IMG/VR virus record: IMGVR_UViG_3300043464_001162
Location: 1 to 64,000 of that record
Source of the DNA: a virus
Taxonomy: Duplodnaviria > Caudoviricetes
Direction: 5' to 3' (one strand)
Length of the DNA stretch: 64,000 bases
Part shown: positions 37,919 through 47,905 of the stretch, piece after piece
How the letters are laid out: every line of letters begins with the position of its first letter
How positions within the stretch are numbered: position 1 is the stretch's first letter
Position numbers and translations under genes: made by a program
Notes under the pieces: model-generated
The model's input: only the letters and a program-made list of their open reading frames with translations
Database searches by the model: none
Told to the model about the DNA's origin: nothing

Positions 37919-38893
37919 ATGATAGTTTTTATTACAACAGGTTACGGAAAAAATATTATTGGTGGTGCCGATTTGTGGTGCAATAATTTTATAGAAAATA
38001 TTTTACCATTAGTCAAAGAAGATTACAAAATCGTAATTGATGGTAGACCTTTAATTAAAGAATTTGGTGCAATCTACACTTACGAAAACGAAAAAGAAGT
38101 TGATAGGATATTAAAAGAATGTGATAAGATTATTTTCTTACACCATTCTTACAAACCAAATCCTGTTATTAAAAACTATTTACACAAAACTTATCTTACA
38201 TTTGTCCATGCTTTCATTCCTGATATGTTGGGATTAAATTCCGATTATGAAAATTTAATGACAAAAGTAGATTGGGAATGGCAAAAAGAAATATTAGATA
38301 ATTCCGATAACATAGTTTGGATAGGATATGAGAACGATACGATACACAACGAATATCCAAAAACAAAAACAATTACAAATTATTACGAATGGAAACATGG
38401 TAAACCATTTACAGGCATTGTAAGTGATAAAATTGGATATGCTGCAAGATGTGAGACCAGAAAGAATGCACATTATTTAGATTACATTCCATCAATTATA
38501 TTTTCAAACAAATATGATTATAAAAGAATGTTAGAAGGGTCAAATACAAATTCCGACTATCATAGGTTTATGGAGTTTGATTACACATTTCATAATAAAT
38601 TCTTTGAAGGAAACTTTCAAATATTTCATGGATGTTATACAAAAGAACCATTTGGTTATGCAATATTTGATGCAGTGGATAGTGGTAAGGTTCCAATTAT
38701 ACATACCGATTGGATGAAACATATTGATTACAAATATCGAGCAAATTCTAAAGGAGAATTTCATCAAAGATATTTAGAATTACAAGAAGATAGTTTTGAA
38801 AAAGTAAATTTAGAATTTTGTAAATTAAGAGACGGACTAACAAAGTATACAAATAAACAAAATTGGATTAAAGAAATAATAGAAATAATATGA
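37919..38893 (+). CDS. Glycosyltransferase, GT-B (GT4-like)
   Basis: N-terminal GGAD, RKN, and EPFGYAIFDAVDSGKVPI (variant of the ExFG...EA motif). Confidence 0.7.
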   Translation: MIVFITTGYGKNIIGGADLWCNNFIENILPLVKEDYKIVIDGRPLIKEFGAIYTYENEKEVDRILKECDKIIFLHHSYKPNPVIKNYLHKTYLTFVHAFIPDMLGLNSDYENLMTKVDWEWQKEILDNSDNIVWIGYENDTIHNEYPKTKTITNYYEWKHGKPFTGIVSDKIGYAARCETRKNAHYLDYIPSIIFSNKYDYKRMLEGSNTNSDYHRFMEFDYTFHNKFFEGNFQIFHGCYTKEPFGYAIFDAVDSGKVPIIHTDWMKHIDYKYRANSKGEFHQRYLELQEDSFEKVNLEFCKLRDGLTKYTNKQNWIKEIIEII

Positions 38894-40242
38894 AGTATCT
38901 AAACATATTGTGTAATAGTTTTGAATTGAATTGTTTATTTCCGGAAGCTGACTTAGTAAAATCGGAATATGTAAACAATTACTATAATACATTAACTATA
39001 AAATACGGAGATGATTTGATTGATATAAATCATTATTTAGATGATATATTTTTGAAAATATCAAATTCAAAAAATTTAATTGATATTGATTCATATTATT
39101 TAAATCCACCAAATGATTTGACTATAATATGTGATAGAAAATTGTGGTATGAATTATATTTTCCATTGTTAAAAAACAATAAATCAGATTTCTATAAATT
39201 AGAACAAATATATGTTGAAAGAAATGTAGAAGTATTTTTTAATTTTGCAATATTAGAAGCTGTAAACTATGAAGATGAAGAAGAATACTTTTTATATGAT
39301 TTTAAATTTAAACATATAAAAATATCAGATTATGAATTATTTAAAGATAAGAAAAATTTTTACTATGATTCTTTTTATTCATTGTTTCATTTATTAGCAG
39401 AAGGACAAATGATGCGAGTTTTATATCCAAATATGGCATACGCTTCTGCAGAATACCATATTGATTTTAAAACAATATTTTCAAAATTTAATATAAATAA
39501 TAAATTACATAGGTCAAAGGTATACTCACATACTTGTTTAAAACCAAGATACCATAGAATTAAATTTTTATTAGATGCAGATAAAAATAATGTTTTACAT
39601 ATTGGGGAAAACAATGTAAATGAAAGATTTATTGATGAATACAATGTTGCAACCAAAGAGGATAAAATATATACAGATGGTACACAAAAACATAATAATA
39701 ACCACAAAATATATTTTAATAAAGAATATTATCAAAAATTTTTAAAAATTATAGATAGAATAAATGTCACCAAAGATGACCATGATTTTTTATTTAATCA
39801 TTTACGAAATTATTTTTTAAATGAAGAGTATAATAATTCTTATATAGATGTGGTTGGTGAAACTCATGCAATATTTAATTTAAAGTATGGATTTTTTACT
39901 GAAAAGTCATTGAAGCCGATATTGGCCGAAAAGTTTTTTATGATATATGGTTCTAAAAAAGTATATGAAGAATATAAAAGAATTGGTATTGATTTATTTT
40001 TAGATGAATTTGAATTAAATGGAATTGAAGACAAAAATGAATTTGAACAAATAGATATGATAATAAAATCTTTAAAAAAATTAAACCAAAATAAATTAAA
40101 AAAATTATATATTGAAAAATATAAAATAATTAAACAAAACAAAGAAAAATTATTTAATCATTATTGTAAAATAATAAATGATGTAAATGGTTTACTTCTA
40201 AGAAATACAGTTTTAAAAAACAAAAAAAATAAATTAATATGA
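38890..40242 (+). CDS. Putative glycosyltransferase (GT10-like C-terminus), paralog 1
   Basis: YIDVVGET...FFTEKSLKPI motif shared with 52698 and 59643. Confidence 0.5.
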   Translation: MKYLNILCNSFELNCLFPEADLVKSEYVNNYYNTLTIKYGDDLIDINHYLDDIFLKISNSKNLIDIDSYYLNPPNDLTIICDRKLWYELYFPLLKNNKSDFYKLEQIYVERNVEVFFNFAILEAVNYEDEEEYFLYDFKFKHIKISDYELFKDKKNFYYDSFYSLFHLLAEGQMMRVLYPNMAYASAEYHIDFKTIFSKFNINNKLHRSKVYSHTCLKPRYHRIKFLLDADKNNVLHIGENNVNERFIDEYNVATKEDKIYTDGTQKHNNNHKIYFNKEYYQKFLKIIDRINVTKDDHDFLFNHLRNYFLNEEYNNSYIDVVGETHAIFNLKYGFFTEKSLKPILAEKFFMIYGSKKVYEEYKRIGIDLFLDEFELNGIEDKNEFEQIDMIIKSLKKLNQNKLKKLYIEKYKIIKQNKEKLFNHYCKIINDVNGLLLRNTVLKNKKNKLI

Positions 40243-41147
40243 TTTTAGTAAATGGGTGCTCTTTTTCAACACCATCTGACGTTGATGGTGCATGGGTTGC
40301 AGGGTTTTATAAAAATGGATTGAGTCCGTTTAAACATGGATTACCCATTGATAGTTTCCAATATAATGTTGTAAGAAATGTATCTGCAGGAGGTACTTCA
40401 AATATGGCCATAAGAAGAAAAACTTTTTGGTATTTAAATGATTCGTATAATGTTCAAAAACCAGATTATGCAATAATTCAATGGTCTACAATTGATAGGT
40501 GGGATTATCCAGTTTTCGTAACAGAAGATAAAGCAAAAAATTACCCTTTTATGGATATGTTTCCCGAAAGGATAAATAAGATAAATTATATGAACAATGG
40601 AACCGATGTATTTGGTTTTGCAAAAGATTTTTATGAAAAATATTATTCATTATATGGTGCTGTATTAGAAACTTTAGAAAACATATATCACACTCAAAAA
40701 TATTTAGAGGAAAGAAATATACCATATAAAATGATTACTATTGGTAATTTATTTGATATGGACACTAGTGTTGAAAAATTAAAAAATCTGCAAAAAAATC
40801 CAGATAAGTTGCAAATAGGCAATTATGCAAATTTAAAAACAAATAATGGTATTTTTGAAAAATTAGAAGCTTTGGATGGTTCTTGGCATGAATTGAACAT
40901 TTTGAATGCATTGATAGATAAGATAGATTTCACTAAATTTTTATTTACAGATGATGTGAATATCCGCGGATTTGGTGGTGGTATTATAGAATGGTTTTTA
41001 AATAAAAATGAAATGTTAACAGGTGGTCGCTGGCATCCAGACGGAGAACAACATATGAGATTTTTTGATGAATTTTTATGGCCTAAAATAAAAGATGAAA
41101 TAAATGCAATTACTAAACAAAACACTAATAAAAGATTACTTATCTAA
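40239..41147 (+). CDS. SGNH-fold protein (putative acyltransferase/esterase), paralog 1
   Basis: NGCSFS, GTSN..I.R, IIQWS..DR and C-terminal WHP motifs. Confidence 0.55.
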   Translation: MILVNGCSFSTPSDVDGAWVAGFYKNGLSPFKHGLPIDSFQYNVVRNVSAGGTSNMAIRRKTFWYLNDSYNVQKPDYAIIQWSTIDRWDYPVFVTEDKAKNYPFMDMFPERINKINYMNNGTDVFGFAKDFYEKYYSLYGAVLETLENIYHTQKYLEERNIPYKMITIGNLFDMDTSVEKLKNLQKNPDKLQIGNYANLKTNNGIFEKLEALDGSWHELNILNALIDKIDFTKFLFTDDVNIRGFGGGIIEWFLNKNEMLTGGRWHPDGEQHMRFFDEFLWPKIKDEINAITKQNTNKRLLI

Positions 41148-41862
41148 TAATCATATAATTGATGAAAATGGTAATACGATATTAGACCCTGTTAAATATC
41201 GTTGGTCACATGGTGCAACTGATTTACATTTGGGAGATGGACTTATGATTTATTCTCTTATAATGTTCAATCGTGCCAAAGTTTGTGTCTGTATTGGTTC
41301 TGGAGGTGGGTTTATTCCACGTTTAATGACACAAGCTAGATGTGACCTTTGGGAACAGGGAATATTTGAAGGAAATAACTCTCCAGAATGGGGTGACATA
41401 GGTACTACTATAATTGTAGATGCTGCTAATGGTATTGGTGGGTTTGTAGATTGGTCAAATGAAAATTCATTTTTAAGAAAACATTTTAATCCTCAAATTA
41501 TTTTACAAACATCAGAAAAAGCTTATTACGATTATTTTATAAGACAAGATATTAAAATAGATTATTTACATATTGACGGAGACCATTCATATGATGGTGT
41601 TAAACTGGATTTTGATTTATACTCAAAGATAATGTCTGAAAATGGTATTATAACTATACATGATACCGATGAAACTTATCATAAGACTTTTGTAGTAACT
41701 GAAAATTCAAAAGAAGATTTTGTTCCATTTGATGGCCCAACGAAATTTATTAAAGAATTAGAAAAAAATGAGGAGTGGAATTTGGTAAATTTAAAAAATT
41801 TCCGTATGTTTGATAAAAAAGTTACAAGTACTGGTTTAGCACTGCTAACAAGAAAGCTTTAA
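41104..41862 (+). CDS. Class I SAM-dependent methyltransferase (Methyltransf_24-like)
   Basis: IGSGGGF, LHIDGDHSYDGVKLDF and GIITIHD motifs. Confidence 0.85.
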   Translation: MQLLNKTLIKDYLSNNHIIDENGNTILDPVKYRWSHGATDLHLGDGLMIYSLIMFNRAKVCVCIGSGGGFIPRLMTQARCDLWEQGIFEGNNSPEWGDIGTTIIVDAANGIGGFVDWSNENSFLRKHFNPQIILQTSEKAYYDYFIRQDIKIDYLHIDGDHSYDGVKLDFDLYSKIMSENGIITIHDTDETYHKTFVVTENSKEDFVPFDGPTKFIKELEKNEEWNLVNLKNFRMFDKKVTSTGLALLTRKL

Positions 41863-41883
41863 AAAAGATTAATAAAAAATTAA

Positions 41884-42732
41884 ATGAATAAAATAAGATT
41901 AGTTACTGTTACTGGCAGTAGGGTAGACACTTTGTGGCATATGCTGAATCATTATAAAGATTTGGTAGATGAAATGTATGTAGTAGTTTATGAGTGGGAA
42001 GGGTTTAGTTTATTTGATGAAGTTTCTAAAATTACAAAACAATTTGAGAATGCACATATTATAGAAAGAGTAACTAAAGAAAAATTCAATTGGGAATATG
42101 TTACTCAATTATACAATGAAACCAAAATGTTATTTCCTAACGACTGGTGGGTAGTTTCGGATGATGATGAATTGCATATTTACTCAAAACCACTAAAAGA
42201 AATTATTTCAGCTTGTGATAGAAATGGTTGGGAATTGGTTAGAGGTGGTTTTATAGATAGAATTGGCCAAACGGGTAATTTTCCAAAAATAAATAAAAAA
42301 GAAAATATATTTGACCAATTTCCGGTTGCAGGTTTTTTTAGATATCCAATGAGTGGTGCCTGTCCAAATAAAGTGTGTATAATGAAAGGTTATATTGAAA
42401 TAACATCAGGACAACATTACGCAAAAATAGATGGACAAACTACATGGAAATGGCAAGGCTGGAATCACCCACTAATCGCACCGGTAGATGAATACAATGT
42501 TCAAGTTCATCATTTCAAATGGGATTCCACTTGCATTAAAAGAATTAAAGAAGTTGCAGATATTAAAAAAGATTATTCTTATTCAACTGAATATTTAAAA
42601 ATGTATCAATCCTTAAGAAGTAATAATTTTGAAATAGATGTTACCCAATGTGAATATATGTTTGAATATATTGGAAAAGAATTTGGGTATAAACAATGGA
42701 ATAAATTATTTAAAAAAATTATTGCAATATAA
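41884..42732 (+). CDS. GT-A/GT2-like glycosyltransferase
   Basis: LNHYKDLVD, WWVVSDDDE (DxD), GQH and HHFKW motifs. Confidence 0.7.
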   Translation: MNKIRLVTVTGSRVDTLWHMLNHYKDLVDEMYVVVYEWEGFSLFDEVSKITKQFENAHIIERVTKEKFNWEYVTQLYNETKMLFPNDWWVVSDDDELHIYSKPLKEIISACDRNGWELVRGGFIDRIGQTGNFPKINKKENIFDQFPVAGFFRYPMSGACPNKVCIMKGYIEITSGQHYAKIDGQTTWKWQGWNHPLIAPVDEYNVQVHHFKWDSTCIKRIKEVADIKKDYSYSTEYLKMYQSLRSNNFEIDVTQCEYMFEYIGKEFGYKQWNKLFKKIIAI

Positions 42733-42764
42733 TTTGGCAATACAAATAAAAAATCATATATTAC
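42733..42764 (+). promoter_or_regulatory. Bacteroidota-type sigma70 promoter
   Basis: TTTG(42733)-N20-TATATTAC(42757). Confidence 0.6.
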
Positions 42765-42780
42765 TAAAAATAAATAAGTT

Positions 42781-43032
42781 ATGGCTTTAAAGAAAAAAGA
42801 AGTTACAGAAGTTGTAAAGAATGAAATTCCACAACAAACTAATATCATTTCAAATGAAGAGTTATTAATGCTTGAAACTAAAAAAGTTAAAGCTTTGGAA
42901 AAGATTGCAAATTCATTAGATGCTCTTACGGTTTGGTTTGAAGAAATTGATAAAGACGATTGGAGTAGTAGAATTCAATACTATTTGTCTGAATTTCACA
43001 AGGTAGTACCAAAAGACAAAAACGATGCATAA
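42781..43032 (+). CDS. Hypothetical protein
   Basis: 83-aa helical ORF behind its own promoter. Confidence 0.7.
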   Translation: MALKKKEVTEVVKNEIPQQTNIISNEELLMLETKKVKALEKIANSLDALTVWFEEIDKDDWSSRIQYYLSEFHKVVPKDKNDA

Positions 43033-44320
43033 ACTTGGTGTAATAGTTCCATACAGAAACAGGTATGAACATTTACAAGAGTTTAAAAAAAGTATAGTAG
43101 AATATTTAGAATCTAAAAATATAGATTTTAAAATTATTATTGTTGAACAAGACAATGCTAAACTTTTTAATAGAGGAATGTTATGCAACATTGGATTTAT
43201 AGAAGCACAAAAAGAAAATTGTGATTATATAGTAATTCACGATGTTGATATGATACCAGTTGATGTTGATTATTCATACTCAAATGTGCCAGTCCATTTG
43301 GCAACTGATAATATTCCATTTGAATCTTATTTTGGCGGAATGACTTTGTTTCCTACCGATATATTTCAAAAAATAAATGGTTTTTCTAATTTATATTGGG
43401 GTTGGGGATTTGAAGATGATGATTTGCGATATAGATGTGTAAGAAAGAGTGTACCTTTTGCAAAAATTATAAATGATACATTTACTAAACAAAAATTACC
43501 TATTTTCAATGGGGTAAATGCTTTTGCAAAAATTCCTAATATTATAAATTATAATAGAAGTTTTAAAATAGAATTGGATATAAATTTATCCAGAGTTGTT
43601 TATGATGAAAACTTACAATTTGATATATTTCCTATTTTATCAATAAAGGGTTATGATTTCAAACTTTTTTATAATTCTTTTAATAGATTTTATTTACAAT
43701 TGTTTGATAAAAAGGGTAATTACTATGATGTTTATTCGGATATAGTAACTGTATCGAATAATAAAATATCGATTGAATATCTTAAAGAAAACAACACCAT
43801 AAATTTTTCAGTAAACGATAGTTTACATAGTATTGAACTTTCTAATCACATATACAATTATTCAAATGTAGATAATATAATAATTGGCTCGGATGATGAG
43901 AAAAAACATTTTTTCAAAGGTAGTGTAAATGAATTTTTATTAACACAAAATGATGATGTAAAAATGCACTATCAAAATTATGATATTGAAGAATATAAAT
44001 TTATTGATATTTCTGGTAATGAAAATCACGGAGAATTTTTTAATATCTATATAGACCATTTTAAGCCATTTGTAAATTATTATTCATATATTCCATTTAG
44101 ACGAAATAGTAAATTAATAAAATTGGAACATAAAGATTGTGGATTTAATGATGGTAGATGGCAAGATGATAATAGTAGGTGGAATCAATTAAGATATAAT
44201 AATGAAGTACAGATAGGTTCTAGAGATAGAAAAATAGATGGCCTTTCAACTTTAGTAAAATATAAATTATATGGTAAGACTAACCAAAATAATATAATGC
44301 ATTTAAATGTTGGAATATAA
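43025..44320 (+). CDS. GT7 (beta-1,4-galactosyltransferase family) with inserted LamG-like domain
   Basis: VPYRNR, FNRG, HDVD, YFGG and NGFSNLYWGWGFEDDD, then a beta-sandwich insert, then the GT7 C-terminal DGL..Y. Confidence 0.85.
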   Translation: MHKLGVIVPYRNRYEHLQEFKKSIVEYLESKNIDFKIIIVEQDNAKLFNRGMLCNIGFIEAQKENCDYIVIHDVDMIPVDVDYSYSNVPVHLATDNIPFESYFGGMTLFPTDIFQKINGFSNLYWGWGFEDDDLRYRCVRKSVPFAKIINDTFTKQKLPIFNGVNAFAKIPNIINYNRSFKIELDINLSRVVYDENLQFDIFPILSIKGYDFKLFYNSFNRFYLQLFDKKGNYYDVYSDIVTVSNNKISIEYLKENNTINFSVNDSLHSIELSNHIYNYSNVDNIIIGSDDEKKHFFKGSVNEFLLTQNDDVKMHYQNYDIEEYKFIDISGNENHGEFFNIYIDHFKPFVNYYSYIPFRRNSKLIKLEHKDCGFNDGRWQDDNSRWNQLRYNNEVQIGSRDRKIDGLSTLVKYKLYGKTNQNNIMHLNVGI

Positions 44321-45738
44321 TGAAATTAGGAGTTTGTGTACCATATAGAAATAGAGAAGCTCATATGAATGAGTTTGTTCCTCACGTTTCAAAGTTTTTG
44401 GAAGAGAGAGGAATTGAACATACAATTTATTTAGCACACCAATGTGATGATAAACTTTTTAATAGAGGTTTAATGAAAAATATTGCCGCTAAACATGCAT
44501 TTGATGATGGGTGTGATTATATTGTATGGCACGACATTGATATGGTTCCTGAAGATGAGAGTTGTGACTATTCATTTCCAAAAGACAATCCACAACACAT
44601 AGCAGTTCGTATATCACAATCAGACTATCAATTAAAATATGAGGAATACTTTGGTGGTGCAGTTGTATTCTCAAAAGAACAAGTAGAAAGAACTAACGGA
44701 TATTCAAATGATTATTGGGATTGGGGAATGGAGGATGATGACCTTTTTTGGAGATGTGTAATGGAAGGATACGCTGAAAAAACTAAATTAGATTTCAATA
44801 AAGAAATGTATGTGGCAAATTTTAATGGTGTAAACTCAAAGATACAATTTAGGCCAAGTAGAGAACAAAAAGATTCAATCTCAAACTCACATACCATTTC
44901 AGTATTAGTAAAGGCAGACCAACAAATTGAAAAAGTTCCTATTTGGTTAATCGGTGATGAAGATAGACAATTTATAGAATACCCAATTTTCAGAAAACCT
45001 GGATATGATTGGGGATTGTCATTTAATAATAGTAGAGCATATACAATGCAACTATGGGATAGAATGAAGGGACATTTATATCAATGGATTAAAAGATATG
45101 AAAATCAATGGAGTTGGATAACAATGTCAGTTGACGCTGAAAATAAAAAAGTACATTTTTATTTAAATGGTAGAGAAAGTGATGCAAGATTAGGAACTGG
45201 AACACAATCACCACTATATTTTAATGAAACATTGAAACGATATGGAATGGAACCATTTTATGTTGGATACTCAAAATCACCAGTCGAATCTTTTTTCAAA
45301 GGTGGTATTGCAAGTATACAAATGTGGAATAGGTGTTTGACTCCAGAAGAAATAAAAAATATACATAAAGAAACACCTGAAGATAATTTAATATTAGATA
45401 TATTCACTATGAATTTAGAGTTTGGTGAAATGGAAAATATTAAATTAACAAAAGAAACAATAGAAATACCACATACAATATTACCCCATAGACGAGATGG
45501 TAAATTTAAATGTTTACCACATCAAACGGAAGGATTGATAAGTGTTGGTGGTATTGACAAATGGGCAAAAGGTGAAACTACTGCAAGAAACGAAAGGCGA
45601 TATATATTAAAAATGCAACAAGGTGAAATTGATTATAAAACGGATGGTATCAATAATATGAAATACCAATTTATTTCAATTGACACTATTTATGATAGAC
45701 ATAAAATGATAAATGTTAAAACAATAAGTTATGAGTGA
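44320..45738 (+). CDS. GT7 glycosyltransferase with inserted LamG-like domain, paralog
   Basis: VPYRNR, FNRG, HDID and NGYSNDYWDWGMEDDD; insert HTISVLVK...FYLNG...FKGGIASIQMWNRCL. Confidence 0.85.
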   Translation: MKLGVCVPYRNREAHMNEFVPHVSKFLEERGIEHTIYLAHQCDDKLFNRGLMKNIAAKHAFDDGCDYIVWHDIDMVPEDESCDYSFPKDNPQHIAVRISQSDYQLKYEEYFGGAVVFSKEQVERTNGYSNDYWDWGMEDDDLFWRCVMEGYAEKTKLDFNKEMYVANFNGVNSKIQFRPSREQKDSISNSHTISVLVKADQQIEKVPIWLIGDEDRQFIEYPIFRKPGYDWGLSFNNSRAYTMQLWDRMKGHLYQWIKRYENQWSWITMSVDAENKKVHFYLNGRESDARLGTGTQSPLYFNETLKRYGMEPFYVGYSKSPVESFFKGGIASIQMWNRCLTPEEIKNIHKETPEDNLILDIFTMNLEFGEMENIKLTKETIEIPHTILPHRRDGKFKCLPHQTEGLISVGGIDKWAKGETTARNERRYILKMQQGEIDYKTDGINNMKYQFISIDTIYDRHKMINVKTISYE

Positions 45739-47146
45739 TGATAAAACATATATAGAGAACCCCCTATATGTAAAAGTAAGAGATGAATTAAATACGGTTG
45801 GTACGGGTATGTGTTTGGCAAAATGGACACAAGTAACCCTACAATTACAAAGTGGTCATAATCACTCATGTCACCATCCAAAAACCCATAAAATTTCAGA
45901 AGTCGAAATAGCTAGAAATCCATCTGCACTTCACAACACTAGATTTAAGAAATTAAAAAGAAAAGAGATGTTGAGTGGTGCAAGACCTAGTGAGTGTGAT
46001 TATTGTTGGAATGTAGAGGATAACTCCGATAGATTTAGTGATAGAGTTTTTAAATCAGGAGAAAGTTGGTCATACCCATTCAAAGAAGAAATTTTTAATT
46101 CAGATTGGAGAGAAGACTACAACCCAAAATATGTGGAAGTTTCTTTCTCAAATGCATGTAATTTTAAATGTTCATATTGTGGCCCTGCATATAGTTCTAA
46201 ATGGGTAGAAGAGGTTGAAGAATTTGGCCACTACCCAACAACTGATAGATTTAATTCAAATGAATGGCTTAAAATAGAAGATAAATTTCCAATTCCACAT
46301 AAAGATGCAAATCCATATGTAGAAGCATTTTGGAAATGGTGGCCAGAACTATATAGAGATTTACATACATTTAGAATAACTGGAGGAGAACCATTATTGT
46401 CAAAAGATACTTGGGGTGTATTGGATTTTATTATAAATGAACCAAATCCAAACACAGAGCTAAAATTAGCAATAAATTCTAATTTAGGAATACCTGATAG
46501 TTTGGTTGATAAATTTATTGAAAAAATAAAAAAAATCGAAGATGGTGGTAAAGTAAAAGAAATCGTAATTTTCACATCAGTAGATACTTGGGGAGAACAG
46601 GCAGAATATATTAGAACTGGATTAGAATTTAATAGATGGTGGAATAATATAAATAAAATAATGACGAAATGTCCAAGAGTTATTATTACATTTATGTCAA
46701 CTTATAATGCATTGAGTATTTTTAATTATGAGAAATTAATTCATAATGTTTATAAATTAAAAGACGAATATGCATCAACCGATAGATATTGGTCATCTGC
46801 AGTATTCTTAGACTCATCGTATCTTAGATACCCATTCCATCAAGCAGTGCAAGTTTTACCAATGGATTTTTCTAAATACATTTTAGACCAAGCAAAATTG
46901 ATTACATATTATGCAGCACCTAATTTTAGTCACGAACATATTGGGTATAGTGATGTAGAAGTTCAGAAAGTAAAAAGAATTTATGATTGGATGAATGCAC
47001 CACAAGATGCTGAAACACAAATGAAAAATAGATATAATTTTTATCAATACTTTTCAAATCACGATATTAGAAGAGGAACTAATTTTCTAAAAACATTTCC
47101 TGAATTAGAAGAATTTTACAACTTCTGTAAAACAATACAATTATGA
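45731..47146 (+). CDS. Radical SAM protein with N-terminal Twitch-like Cys domain
   Basis: CNFKCSYC, YSSKW and ITGGEPLL; N-terminal C..SCHH..CDYCW. Confidence 0.88.
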   Translation: MSDDKTYIENPLYVKVRDELNTVGTGMCLAKWTQVTLQLQSGHNHSCHHPKTHKISEVEIARNPSALHNTRFKKLKRKEMLSGARPSECDYCWNVEDNSDRFSDRVFKSGESWSYPFKEEIFNSDWREDYNPKYVEVSFSNACNFKCSYCGPAYSSKWVEEVEEFGHYPTTDRFNSNEWLKIEDKFPIPHKDANPYVEAFWKWWPELYRDLHTFRITGGEPLLSKDTWGVLDFIINEPNPNTELKLAINSNLGIPDSLVDKFIEKIKKIEDGGKVKEIVIFTSVDTWGEQAEYIRTGLEFNRWWNNINKIMTKCPRVIITFMSTYNALSIFNYEKLIHNVYKLKDEYASTDRYWSSAVFLDSSYLRYPFHQAVQVLPMDFSKYILDQAKLITYYAAPNFSHEHIGYSDVEVQKVKRIYDWMNAPQDAETQMKNRYNFYQYFSNHDIRRGTNFLKTFPELEEFYNFCKTIQL

Positions 47147-47895
47147 GTTTAAGAATAAATAAAGATAATATAGTTTTTGTATTACCTGAAAGTAGATATG
47201 CGGTATCAAGTAGAATTGATACTTGGATGGATGAGGACTTTACACTACATGTAACTGCAAAAATATTCGAAGAAGTATTAACGGAAAGAGAAACATTTAT
47301 AATTTCTAGAAATGGAATGCATTCGGGAATCTCCGCATTCAAAGATTCGTATGGTAATTGTAATATAGTATTTACATATTGGTTCAAAAAACCAGATGGT
47401 TCTGCAATTCCAAAACAAGTTATTTATTTATTAAAAAAAGACCAGTTAAATGATTTTAATGAATATACTATGATTTGTGACCATAATGATGAAAAAACAA
47501 TTACATGTTATGTTAATGGATTTGAGATTGGAAAAATTGAATATGAAAAAGACATTAAAGAATCATATAAAAATTGTTTTTATTGGTTTGCATGTGGTAG
47601 TATGATAGGGCCCGAAGAACATAATGCAATTGGTGATTTTGAATATAAACTATCTTTTGTTTTAAATAAAAAATTAGACATAGTTGATACACAGGATATA
47701 ATCGATACTTACTATGACAAATATAGTCATATTATATTTGAAAATAATTTAAGAAAATTAAATTATGACCATCCACTTAGAGATAATTTTGCATTCTTAT
47801 GTGATTTTCAAAATCATAATAGATATAAAATATGGGATATAAGTTTTAGTGGAAATTATCCACAATTTTATATAGATAAAAATATTTATTTTTAA
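47143..47895 (+). CDS. Stand-alone LamG-like beta-sandwich protein
   Basis: DFTLHV...IISRNG...ITCYVNG pattern resembles the inserts in the GT7 genes. Confidence 0.45.
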   Translation: MSLRINKDNIVFVLPESRYAVSSRIDTWMDEDFTLHVTAKIFEEVLTERETFIISRNGMHSGISAFKDSYGNCNIVFTYWFKKPDGSAIPKQVIYLLKKDQLNDFNEYTMICDHNDEKTITCYVNGFEIGKIEYEKDIKESYKNCFYWFACGSMIGPEEHNAIGDFEYKLSFVLNKKLDIVDTQDIIDTYYDKYSHIIFENNLRKLNYDHPLRDNFAFLCDFQNHNRYKIWDISFSGNYPQFYIDKNIYF

Positions 47896-47905
47896 AAGTA
47901 AATTT

